Origin: Spirochaetota bacterium
GTDB taxonomy: Bacteria; Spirochaetota; Spirochaetia; Treponematales; UBA12059
Length of the DNA stretch: 64,000 nt
Assembly (NCBI GenBank): GCA_029560805.1
Contig: JAKQKE010000294.1
Span: 416 to 64,415 of the forward strand
Direction of reading: 5' to 3'
Every line of letters begins with the position of its first letter. The stretch's first letter is position 1. The notes under the pieces were generated by a model, which was given only the letters and a program-made list of their open reading frames with translations, had not been told where the DNA came from and searched no databases. This document shows positions 55,968 to 64,000 of the stretch, in pieces. The position numbers were made by a program, and so were the translations under genes.

Positions 55968-57314
55968 CTAATGCTCGGCGCGTTCCTTTTCAAGCGACTC
56001 GAACCTGGTGATCTTGTTGAAGAACAGCAGCTCGACCTTGCCAACCGGTCCGTTGCGGTGCTTCGCGACGAGCAGGTCCGTCGGCGTATACGGTGCCCGC
56101 TCGTCCTTGCGCTTGTCGATATCGCGATCGCGGTGCAGGAACATGATCAGGTCGGCGTCCTGCTCGATGGAGCCGGACTCGCGGAGGTCGGCGAGCGACG
56201 GCTGCTTACCCTCGGCCTCGCGCTTCAGCTGCGACAGGGCTATGACGGGGATGCGTAGCTCGCGGGCCAGGGCCTTGAGCGAACGCGAGATGCTCGAGAT
56301 CTGCTCCCAGCGCGGCAAGTCGGCGTTCTCATGGGTGATCAGGGTCAGGTAATCGATGAAGATGACTTTGACGTCCTTCTCGCTCTTCATGCGCCTGGCC
56401 AGCGACCGCAGATCGAGCAACTTGATGTTCGGCACGTCGACGATGTACATCGGCGAGTCGTAGATCCGGCTCGCGGCGTCCATCAGGCTCTGGATGTCGC
56501 TCGGCTTGATCAGGCCGCTCTTAACCTTTTCCGAGTCTATCCTGGCCTCGCTCGACAGGATACGGTAGGTCAGCGACAGGTCCGACATCTCGAGCGAGAA
56601 GAAGCAGACCGGCAGACGCTCGCGCAGCGCTACATGAGCCGCGATATTGAGCGCGAAGGCCGTCTTACCGACGCTCGGGCGGGCGCCGATGATGATCAGC
56701 TCCGAGTCTTGGAAACCGCTGGTCATGCTATCGAGCTCGGCGAAGCCGCTCGGTACGCCGGTGTACTGGTTCTTGTTCTTGGCCAGTTCCTCGATCATCT
56801 TCATCGCGTCGGGCACGATCTCGCGTACGCTGCGATAGGAGACGGTCTGGCGGTCCTGGTTTACCTCGAAGATGCTTTCCTGCAGCTCGTCGAGCAGGAG
56901 GCCGGTGTCGATGGACTCGTCGTGGGCCTTCTGGCTGATATCGGCGGCTAGTCGGAGCAGGCTGCGCCTCGTCGAGCATTCCTGCACGATCTTGGCGTAG
57001 TACTCCATATTGGCGCTGGACGGCACCGAGTCGGTCAGCTTGGCGATATAGGCCGGCCCGCCCGAGTTGTCGAGGGAGCCGAGCACCCGCATCTCGTCGG
57101 CGAGCGTGATGAGGTCGGCCTTCTGCCCCTTCTCGAACAGGGAGACAATGGCCGAGAAGACGTTCTTATTGGCGTTTACATAGAAGTCGTCCGGACGCAG
57201 ATACCGCAGTATATGCGGCACCGCGTCCGGATCGAGAAGCAGGGCGCCCAGCGCGGCCTGTTCCGCCTCGGCGTTATGAGGCGGGACCTTGTCCTTGAGC
57301 TGGGCGGGGATCAT
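55968..57314 (-). CDS. dnaB: Replicative DNA helicase
   Basis: PPHNAEAEQAALGALLLD, GARPSVGKTAFALN, SLEMS, IEQDADLI. Confidence 0.95.
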   Translation of the reverse strand: MIPAQLKDKVPPHNAEAEQAALGALLLDPDAVPHILRYLRPDDFYVNANKNVFSAIVSLFEKGQKADLITLADEMRVLGSLDNSGGPAYIAKLTDSVPSSANMEYYAKIVQECSTRRSLLRLAADISQKAHDESIDTGLLLDELQESIFEVNQDRQTVSYRSVREIVPDAMKMIEELAKNKNQYTGVPSGFAELDSMTSGFQDSELIIIGARPSVGKTAFALNIAAHVALRERLPVCFFSLEMSDLSLTYRILSSEARIDSEKVKSGLIKPSDIQSLMDAASRIYDSPMYIVDVPNIKLLDLRSLARRMKSEKDVKVIFIDYLTLITHENADLPRWEQISSISRSLKALARELRIPVIALSQLKREAEGKQPSLADLRESGSIEQDADLIMFLHRDRDIDKRKDERAPYTPTDLLVAKHRNGPVGKVELLFFNKITRFESLEKERAEH

Positions 57315-57323
57315 GCGTCGGGT

Positions 57324-57893
57324 TTATGCCTGATCGCCTTCGACGGTCTCGGCCGACGTCTCGACCTCGGCGGGCTCGGTTTCGACGGCCTTGACCGGCT
57401 CCTCACGGTGCCTCCTGGGCTGTTCGGCGGCCTGCTTGGCCTTCTCGACGTGGCCCTTGACGACGACGCGGACGATGGCCTCATCCTTCTCGTAGAGGCG
57501 GACGACGATCTTGTAGTTGCCGACGCTCTTGATGACGCGTCCGGGGACCTCGATCTTCTTGCGGTCGACCTGGAGGCCCTTCTTGAGTAGCTCGTCGGCG
57601 ACGGTCGAGTTTGATACGGCTCCGAAAAGCTTACCGTTCTGACCGGCCGGCATATCGAGCGTCAGCTCCTCGGCCTCGAGCTTGGTCTTGAGGTCGGAGC
57701 TGGAGGCGCGCTTCGCGGCCTTGTGGGCCTCGATCTCGGCGCGACGCTTCTCGAACAGCGCTACCGTCGCGGGGCTGAACGGATAGACGAGCCCGCGGGG
57801 CAGGAGGAAGTTGCGGGCGTATCCGGCGGCGACGTCCTTCACATCTCCGAGTTCGCCCAGGTTCGGGACATCCTGGTTCAGGATTACCTTCAT
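57324..57893 (-). CDS. rplI: 50S ribosomal protein L9 with a C-terminal extension
   Basis: Trimmed to ATG 57893 (MKVILNQDVPNLGELGDVKDVAAGYARNFLLP). ATGA overlap with the upstream gene. Confidence 0.9.
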   Translation of the reverse strand: MKVILNQDVPNLGELGDVKDVAAGYARNFLLPRGLVYPFSPATVALFEKRRAEIEAHKAAKRASSSDLKTKLEAEELTLDMPAGQNGKLFGAVSNSTVADELLKKGLQVDRKKIEVPGRVIKSVGNYKIVVRLYEKDEAIVRVVVKGHVEKAKQAAEQPRRHREEPVKAVETEPAEVETSAETVEGDQA

Positions 57894-58873
57894 GGTGATT
57901 CTCCTTCGGTTACTGCACGGAACGGGATCCAGGTCTCTAGGGTGCCGAGCAAGGCCAGGAGCCCGATGGCGACGAACCCGCCAACCCCGCTTACGAGGAG
58001 GAGGATAATCGCCATGGGGCCGATGAGCCGCAAGGCAGGGGCCAGCCCGACGCGTTCGGCTAGCGCGCGGACGACGGCGAGACCCTGGACGCCGTAGCAG
58101 ATCGATAATGCTAAGGCCGCGTTCAACGCGACCGCCGAAAACACGGGAACTGAAACAAAACGGTTGACGAGCAACGCCGTCCAGGCCGCTAGCAGCGCCC
58201 ATACGAGACCGCGAGGAACGCGATAGGCGGCCAGGTTCGGCACCTGAATCGTCAGCGACTCGGGCGCATCGTCACGGCCTCCGGTCCGCGCGTCCATGGC
58301 GCGGCCGAGGCTCGAGCCAGACCACGAGCTCAGGAATAGGAACGCGAACAGCACGGCTCCGTAACTGGACGCCACTCCCGTCCGGAGGGCCGACCATAGC
58401 GCCTCGGCGTCCAGGACCTCTGCGCCGAGGGCCGAGCTAGCCGTCTCGAACGCGTCGAGGAACATGGCTCGCACGGCCGGATCCCGTATCGCGGCGAACA
58501 GGGCCGGCAGGCTCAGTGCCGAGGCGACTGCCGCGGCCACGAGGGCGCGGATCGTGAACGAGAAACGCGCGAGCCTGGGCCATGCCATCGCGACGAGGGC
58601 GATCGCCAGGGCCAGGGGCGTCGAGACGCCGACAGCTACGGTCCCGGCGCTCAGGATATCGGCCCTGGCCAAGGCTATAGTCTGCCAGGCGGCGATTACG
58701 ATCGACGAGACCGCGGCGCTCCCTACCATGGCTTTGAAGCCACGCCTGGCTCCCGTGTATTGAATGGGAACCAGGAAGATCGGCATCAAGGCCACGGAGC
58801 CGTAGAACACCGACGATAGCGCTCCCGCCAAGATGGGGAGCGAGCGGTGCCCGAGGCGATTCTCGTCGATCAA
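57890..58873 (-). CDS. DUF2232 (YybS-like) polytopic membrane protein
   Basis: 327 aa with multiple TM helices. It occupies the position between rpsR and rplI, as yybS does in Firmicutes. Confidence 0.65.
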   Translation of the reverse strand: MIDENRLGHRSLPILAGALSSVFYGSVALMPIFLVPIQYTGARRGFKAMVGSAAVSSIVIAAWQTIALARADILSAGTVAVGVSTPLALAIALVAMAWPRLARFSFTIRALVAAAVASALSLPALFAAIRDPAVRAMFLDAFETASSALGAEVLDAEALWSALRTGVASSYGAVLFAFLFLSSWSGSSLGRAMDARTGGRDDAPESLTIQVPNLAAYRVPRGLVWALLAAWTALLVNRFVSVPVFSAVALNAALALSICYGVQGLAVVRALAERVGLAPALRLIGPMAIILLLVSGVGGFVAIGLLALLGTLETWIPFRAVTEGESP

Positions 58874-58878
58874 GGCGA

Positions 58879-59181
58879 TTACTTCGTCACGTACGGGATA
58901 TACGCCAGGGCGCGGTCGCGCTTGATGGCCACAGCCAGACTACGCTGGTGCTTGGCGCAGGAGCCGGTTATCCTACGGGGCAGTATCTTGCCGCGCTCGG
59001 TGATGAAACGCTTGAGCGTCTCAGGATCCTTATAGTCGATCTTGAGCTTCTGCGAGCAGAATTTACAGACCTTCTTGCGGAAGAAGCCTTTGCGGCCGCC
59101 GCGGCCGCCGCGGTCGTCGCCGTCGCGCCGGCCCTCGTCGTTACGCGAGCCGCGATCGTCCCTGTTCTGCATATCTGACAT
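58879..59181 (-). CDS. rpsR: 30S ribosomal protein S18 with an Arg/Gly/Asp-rich N-terminal extension
   Basis: CKFC....IDYKD...[32 protein letters not shown]. Confidence 0.9.
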   Translation of the reverse strand: MSDMQNRDDRGSRNDEGRRDGDDRGGRGGRKGFFRKKVCKFCSQKLKIDYKDPETLKRFITERGKILPRRITGSCAKHQRSLAVAIKRDRALAYIPYVTK

Positions 59182-59215
59182 AGAATGTCTCCTTACGTAT
59201 GAGTCCCGTTCTAGC

Positions 59216-59692
59216 CTAGAACGGTATATCGTCCGAAAAATCGTCGGACGCCGGAGCCTGGGCGGCGGGTCCTTGCGGCCGGCTGCCTGAACGGCCCTGG
59301 TATTCCCTCGGCCCGCCCTGAGTATCCTGGCTCCCCTGCGAAGCCCCGTATTGCTGGCCGCCAGAGGTGTTGCCCCCGAGCAGCTGTACGGTATTCGCGC
59401 TGATCAGTACCTTCATGCGGGACTGGCCGTCCTGTTCCCAGCGATCCTGGCGCATCGTGCCCTCTACGGCGACGAGCTTGCCCTTGACCAGGTACTGGTT
59501 GAGGGATTCGCCCTGCTTGCCCCAGAGGTCGACGTCCCAGAAACTGGCTTCGTCGACCCATTGGTCGCCCTTTTTCTTCCTCGAGCTGGTGGCTACCGAG
59601 AAATGACAGACGGCCTGACCGGAGTTGGTATATTTAAGCTCCGCGTCGCGGGTAAGCCTGCCTACGAGCACGGCTACGCTGAGATCGGCCAT
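59216..59692 (-). CDS. ssb: Single-stranded DNA-binding protein
   Basis: OB fold [15 protein letters not shown]. Gly/Gln-rich linker and a C-terminal DDIPF tip. Confidence 0.95.
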   Translation of the reverse strand: MADLSVAVLVGRLTRDAELKYTNSGQAVCHFSVATSSRKKKGDQWVDEASFWDVDLWGKQGESLNQYLVKGKLVAVEGTMRQDRWEQDGQSRMKVLISANTVQLLGGNTSGGQQYGASQGSQDTQGGPREYQGRSGSRPQGPAAQAPASDDFSDDIPF

Positions 59693-59705
59693 CGCGTCCC
59701 TCCCG

Positions 59706-59987
59706 TTAGTCTTCTGCCCTGACGAACAGGTACTTCATGACGTTCGGCTCGAGCTTGAGTACCTTCTCGACGGCCACGATCTTGTCGGGCGCGATAGTGG
59801 CGACGTACAGCACGTAGCGGCCGCGCATCCTGTCCTTGATCTCGTAGGCGAGCTGGCGGTCGCCGAGCTCTTCCTCTTTGACGATCTCGGCGCCCTGCTC
59901 TTTAAGAGCGGCGGAGACCTTTTCCTTGGCCTGGCGGTAGAGTTCCTCTTCCGTCGGGAAAATAACCGTGAGTTCGTAAGATCGCAT
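59706..59987 (-). CDS. rpsF: 30S ribosomal protein S6
   Basis: MRSYELTVIFP.... Confidence 0.9.
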   Translation of the reverse strand: MRSYELTVIFPTEEELYRQAKEKVSAALKEQGAEIVKEEELGDRQLAYEIKDRMRGRYVLYVATIAPDKIVAVEKVLKLEPNVMKYLFVRAED

Positions 59988-60097
59988 CGATCCTCCCTAT
60001 GGTCTTATGATCCGCCCGAAAGGACGGATAAGGAGTCGCGCGCCCCGATGGGCGCGCAAATCAAGCTACTATATACCGGAAAGGCCGACGGTATCAA
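59988..60097 (-). promoter_or_regulatory. rpsF promoter (TTGATA, 16 nt spacer, TATATA; 60070..60097) and structured 5' leader with two hairpins
   Basis: On the minus-strand RNA the hairpins are GCGCGCCC-AUCG-GGGCGCGC (60057..60038) and AUCCGUCC-UUUC-GGGCGGAU (60029..60010). They are followed by a GGGAGG SD. Confidence 0.4.
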
Positions 60098-60146
60098 GGC
60101 TTAGGAGACGCTTTACCCTGGCGCGTGGCAGCGTTACAATAACTCC

Positions 60147-60590
60147 ATGCCGCATGTCATACACTACGAGGACGATATCTTTATCATCGACGCCCTGGTG
60201 CGTACCCTATGCGACGCCTCGCGGCTGGAACCCGATCCCGACGTGCTCGGCGACGCGATGCTGTCCATAGCGAAGCTAGCCGACGCGTCGCTCCGTAAGG
60301 CGCGCGACCTTGTGCTGCTGAACGAGCACCAGGTCGACAGGCCGGAGAGCCTCAGACTGCTGGCCAGGACGACCAGGTCGTTTTCCGACGCGCTATCGGA
60401 GCTGATCCGACACGACGCCCCGCTAGGGCAACACCTAGCCAGTTCGTCGGACGAGCTGGCCAGAATGGCGTCGGCCCACCGAGCGGCGGCTTCAGAGCTG
60501 GCCGATGTACTGCGTCAGGCTACCGGGGAGGACGCGTCGCCCGAGGATCACGTGTCGGGCGACGAATTATCGGAGCTGCTGCGCCTGTGA
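60147..60590 (+). CDS. Hypothetical helical protein (147 aa)
   Basis: Protein-like composition and GC3 bias. Candidate promoter TTTACC-17-TACAAT (60112..60140) ends 6 nt before the ATG, and no SD is present. Confidence 0.55.
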   Translation: MPHVIHYEDDIFIIDALVRTLCDASRLEPDPDVLGDAMLSIAKLADASLRKARDLVLLNEHQVDRPESLRLLARTTRSFSDALSELIRHDAPLGQHLASSSDELARMASAHRAAASELADVLRQATGEDASPEDHVSGDELSELLRL

Positions 60591-60594
60591 CAGC

Positions 60595-61374
60595 CTAGAA
60601 CAGGTAGCGTTCCATCTCGGCGAGCCCATTGAGGGTCAGGTCGGGGTCGATGGCGTCGAACACCTCCGTCAGCTCGGAGACGACGCGGCAGAGGCCGCCG
60701 GTCGCGACCACCTTGGCTCCGCCGAGTTCTCCCTTGATGCGGCCGACCATGTACTCGACGAGGCCGGTGTAGCCGAGCACCACGCCGGCCTGGATGGCCT
60801 CCACCGTGTTGCGGCCCATGGCCGAGGCCGGCGCCTCGAGCGGCACCAGCGGCAACTGGGCGGTGGCCGACGAAAGGGACCCTGCGGCGGTACCCAGTCC
60901 GGGGGCTATCGATACGCCTATGATGGCGGCCTTGGCGTCGATGGCCGTGAAGGTCAGCGCGGTGCCGAAATCGACGACCAGGCAGGCGCCGCCGAAACGG
61001 TTCCAGGCGGCCACGGCGTCGGCGACCAGGTCCGAGCCTATCTCGTTGGCCGCCACCACGGTGACGGGGAGCCTCGCGTAGACCGCCGGTCCCACGAGCA
61101 CCGGCTCGACGCCGAACAGGTGGCGCGACATCTTCGTCATCGCTGCCGTCAGTTGAGGCACGACGGAGCTGACGATGACCCGCGATATGGTCGAGGGGTC
61201 TATGCCCCGGTCCAGCAGGACCGCCCTGACGATGACGCCATACTCGTCCTCGGTTTTGCCCTGGACGGTACGCATCCTGAGCGTATCCACGAGGCGTCCG
61301 GAGTCGTAGACGCCGCCGACGATGTTCGTATTCCCCGCGTCGATGACAAACAGCATGATGGCAGAATCATTCAT
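60595..61374 (-). CDS. coaX: Type III pantothenate kinase
   Basis: LFVIDAGNTN, DFGTALTF, VVATGG. ATG 61356 is an alternative start. Confidence 0.9.
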   Translation of the reverse strand: MNDSAIMLFVIDAGNTNIVGGVYDSGRLVDTLRMRTVQGKTEDEYGVIVRAVLLDRGIDPSTISRVIVSSVVPQLTAAMTKMSRHLFGVEPVLVGPAVYARLPVTVVAANEIGSDLVADAVAAWNRFGGACLVVDFGTALTFTAIDAKAAIIGVSIAPGLGTAAGSLSSATAQLPLVPLEAPASAMGRNTVEAIQAGVVLGYTGLVEYMVGRIKGELGGAKVVATGGLCRVVSELTEVFDAIDPDLTLNGLAEMERYLF

Positions 61375-61489
61375 GACGGCGCCCGCGCTGTCAAGCTTCG
61401 CGGCCGGCCCCCTCGCCCGAGCGGCCAGCTTGCGCAGGGATGGCCGCTCAGGCCATAATCGGGCCTAGACCAGCTAGGAGACGCTATAC

Positions 61490-62788
61490 ATGGCCGAAAT
61501 AATACAGCCTCGAGTGCTCAAGGGCTTCAGGGACTCGCTTCCGCGAGCCGAGATCGAGCGGGCCGCGATGATCGAGGCGCTCACCGGCGCCTTTAGGAGC
61601 TTCGGCTTCGTGCCGATCGACACGCCCGTCCTCGAGTACGCCGAGATACTGCTCGGTAAGGCCGGCGGCGAGACGGAGAAGCAGGTGTACCGCTTCGCTG
61701 ATAACGGAGGGCGCGACGTGGCGATGCGCTTCGACCTGACCGTCCCCTTCGCCCGCTTCATGGCGGAACACTCGGGCGAGCTGTACCTGCCTTTCAGGCG
61801 CTACCACATGGCCAAGGTCTGGCGCGGCGAGAACACGCAGCGCGGGCGGTATCGCGAGTTCATGCAGTGCGATTTCGATATCGTGGGCGTCGACACCGCC
61901 TCGGCGGACTTCGACATCGTGGCGACCATCGCCCGATCGATGACGGAGCTCGGCGTGCCCGGCGCGACCATCCGCGTGAACCACCGCGGTATATTCAACC
62001 GCTTCCTGGAGCGTGCCGGCGTCGCGGACAGGTCCGTCGAGGCGCTACGCGTAGTCGACAAGTTGGCCAAGATAGGCGAGCCTGAGACGCGGCGTCAGCT
62101 GACGGAGCTGGTCGGCGTCGCCGCGGCAGACGAGATCATGGCCTTCATCGCCGGCGGCGAGGCCTTCGGCCCCACCCTCGATCGCATGACGCGACTGGCA
62201 GGCGGCCCGAACCCCGACTCCGATCGTCTGTCCGAGATTTTCTCGATGGCCGAGGCCTGCGGGCTCTCAAGCTCGCTAGAACTGTGCCCAAGCATCACCC
62301 GGGGCCTCGACTACTATACCGGTGTCGTCTTTGAGACCTTCCTCCGCGAGTTGCCCGGCATAGGCTCGGTCTGTTCGGGCGGCCGTTACAACGATCTTGC
62401 CTCGCTGTACACGAAGCAGCGCCTGCCCGGCGTCGGCGCCTCCGTAGGCATCGACCGCCTGATAGCCGCCCTCGAGGAGCTCGGACGTTCAGGCGCCAAG
62501 GCGGGTTATACCCGCGTCCTCGTCGCCAACGTCGATCCGGCCCTGACGCCAGAGTACCAGGCCGCCGCCGCCGTGCTCCGCGACGCCGGAATTGCCTGCG
62601 AGGTGTATCCCGAACCGCGCAAGCTGGCCCTGCAGTACGCCTACGCCGAGCAGAAGGGCGCGTCGTACGCGTTGATACGCGGTTCCGACGATAAGGCACG
62701 TGGGCTGTGGCTGCTCCGCGACCTGGCGGCCAGGTCGAACGCCGAGCACGCCGACCTGGGCTCGGTGATCGCTGCGCTGGGGGACTGA
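61490..62788 (+). CDS. hisS: Histidine-tRNA ligase
   Basis: GFRD, EKQVYRF.D.GGRDVAMRFDLTVPFAR, YRREFMQCDFD-like motif 2, GGRYD and a C-terminal anticodon-binding domain. Confidence 0.95.
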   Translation: MAEIIQPRVLKGFRDSLPRAEIERAAMIEALTGAFRSFGFVPIDTPVLEYAEILLGKAGGETEKQVYRFADNGGRDVAMRFDLTVPFARFMAEHSGELYLPFRRYHMAKVWRGENTQRGRYREFMQCDFDIVGVDTASADFDIVATIARSMTELGVPGATIRVNHRGIFNRFLERAGVADRSVEALRVVDKLAKIGEPETRRQLTELVGVAAADEIMAFIAGGEAFGPTLDRMTRLAGGPNPDSDRLSEIFSMAEACGLSSSLELCPSITRGLDYYTGVVFETFLRELPGIGSVCSGGRYNDLASLYTKQRLPGVGASVGIDRLIAALEELGRSGAKAGYTRVLVANVDPALTPEYQAAAAVLRDAGIACEVYPEPRKLALQYAYAEQKGASYALIRGSDDKARGLWLLRDLAARSNAEHADLGSVIAALGD

Positions 62789-62792
62789 GCGC

Positions 62793-63473
62793 TTGCGGCG
62801 GCTCGGACCGACCCTCGCGGCGACGTTGTCGTCAGCCGTGGCGCTGGCGCTGGCCGTCTCCTGCTCCTCGTCGCCACCGGAGATCGTATCGTTGGCGGTT
62901 CGGCTGATCGTCGTGACGACCGATCCGGGCGGCGCCAGGGACGAGCGCCTGTCGGTGTTCGCCTCGGTCGCCGACGCCCAGGGCGTCGGCGACGTCGAGT
63001 ACCTGTACGTCGTCCACGACGGCGACGAGCTGTGCTGGACGATGGGGCCGTCCGAGTGGCGCCGCTCGGACGACGGCTCGAGCGTCTGGCTCGGGGCGAA
63101 TTCGCTCGACGCCCCTGGAACGACGATACCGCGCGGCTCCTATCGCCTTATCCTGATCGACAAGGCTGGTGAGCGCGCCGAGCGGAGCTTCTCGCTCAGC
63201 GCGCCTGAGACGAGCGCCTATGATACGCCGTCGCTGCGCCTGTCGGGCACCACGGTCGTCGTCGCCACGCCCTATCCGACGAATACGGCTTTTTTCCTCG
63301 ACGCGGGCGGCAACGTGACGCACACCGCCGCCATCGCCAAAGGCTCTACCGCGCTTGATTCGCTCTGGCCAGAGGGGAAATGGCGTACCGAGGCCGACTA
63401 CATTGCCGTCTACGGCCTCGAGCCGAAGGCGGAGATAGGATTCTTCTCATGGAAAGCAAGGCTGCCGGACTGA
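62793..63473 (+). CDS. Hypothetical lipoprotein
   Basis: TTG start and lipobox LAVSC. No recognised domain. Confidence 0.6.
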   Translation: MRRLGPTLAATLSSAVALALAVSCSSSPPEIVSLAVRLIVVTTDPGGARDERLSVFASVADAQGVGDVEYLYVVHDGDELCWTMGPSEWRRSDDGSSVWLGANSLDAPGTTIPRGSYRLILIDKAGERAERSFSLSAPETSAYDTPSLRLSGTTVVVATPYPTNTAFFLDAGGNVTHTAAIAKGSTALDSLWPEGKWRTEADYIAVYGLEPKAEIGFFSWKARLPD

Positions 63474-64000
63474 CCGGCCCGCTATCGTCCCGAGGGGACG
63501 GTATACACAGCTACGTCATCCGAGCCGGCCGCATGAGCGATGTCCAGAAGGACGCGATGATCCGGCTCTACCCCGTCTACGGCTTTACGTGGGACCCCGA
63601 GCGCACGCTCGGACCCGCGGACATACTGGGACGCGAGGCGCCTTTCGTCGTCGAGGTCGGCTTCGGCATGGGCCAGGCGACCGCCGACATAGCCGAGGCC
63701 CTGCCCGATACGGCCTTCCTCGGTTTCGAGGTACATGCGCCGGGTGTCGGCAGGCTCCTGGCCGAGATAGAGGCCCGCGGCATACGTAACCTACGCGTGT
63801 CCAGGCACGACGCGGTCGAGGCGATAGCCGCGGTCCTGGCTCCCGGCTCGGTCGATGGATTCCATGTGTTCTTCCCCGACCCATGGCCCAAGAAGCGGCA
63901 CCACAAGCGGCGCATCATGAACGCGGCTTTCGTCCGGCTCATGTCGAGCCGACTCAAGCCGGGCGGCTATATCTACTACGCGACCGATTGGGAGGAATAC
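63449..64000 (+). CDS. trmB: tRNA (guanine-N7)-methyltransferase, 3' end off-window
   Basis: Not in the ORF track because it has no in-window stop. My translation from ATG 63449 reads MESKAAGLTGPLSSRGDGIHSYVIRAGRMSDVQKDAM...VVEVGFGMGQATADIAE...FLGFEVH...FHVFFPDPWPKKRHHKRR...LKPGGYIYYATDWEEY. Confidence 0.85.
   Translation, partial: MESKAAGLTGPLSSRGDGIHSYVIRAGRMSDVQKDAMIRLYPVYGFTWDPERTLGPADILGREAPFVVEVGFGMGQATADIAEALPDTAFLGFEVHAPGVGRLLAEIEARGIRNLRVSRHDAVEAIAAVLAPGSVDGFHVFFPDPWPKKRHHKRRIMNAAFVRLMSSRLKPGGYIYYATDWEEY

Overview
The window is a high-GC (about 65%) bacterial chromosome segment, tightly packed with housekeeping genes. The exception is the first ~2.2 kb. Gene content suggests a high-GC member of Spirochaetota: a cmk-rpsA fusion, lolCDE, a COG1579 zinc-ribbon gene and a sigma-54 activator. 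That assignment is an inference, since no search was run.

I support about 70 CDS, three tRNAs (Tyr-GUA, Thr-UGU, Arg-CCG) and a type-A RNase P RNA. The ORF track cannot show these RNA genes. Two CDS are also missing from the track because they run off the window edges: an antiporter at the left edge and trmB at the right edge. Many track ORFs had to be trimmed, because their Arg-rich N-terminal extensions are high-GC artefacts. Long antisense ORFs were rejected for the same reason.

I do not see a clear novel multi-gene system such as a defence island, CRISPR array or prophage. The observations most worth follow-up are:
1. A 28-bp dif-like XerC/D site in an AT-rich gap, exactly where about 20 kb of plus-strand genes meet about 22 kb of minus-strand genes. 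This is a candidate replication terminus.
2. An abrupt 30% to 65% GC break at about 1.3 kb, beside a decayed IS3 remnant. This is either recent foreign DNA or an assembly chimera.
3. An orphan Cas2-like 104-aa ORF that overlaps the start of prfB.
4. An uncharacterised radical-SAM/DUF2344 fusion translationally coupled to the end of the mreBCD-mrdA-rodA operon.
5. folK, which has no canonical start codon and probably initiates at a CTG overlapping the recA stop.
6. Three promoter-to-ATG geometries that suggest leaderless mRNAs.

All protein calls rest on motif recognition by eye. No similarity search or computation was run.
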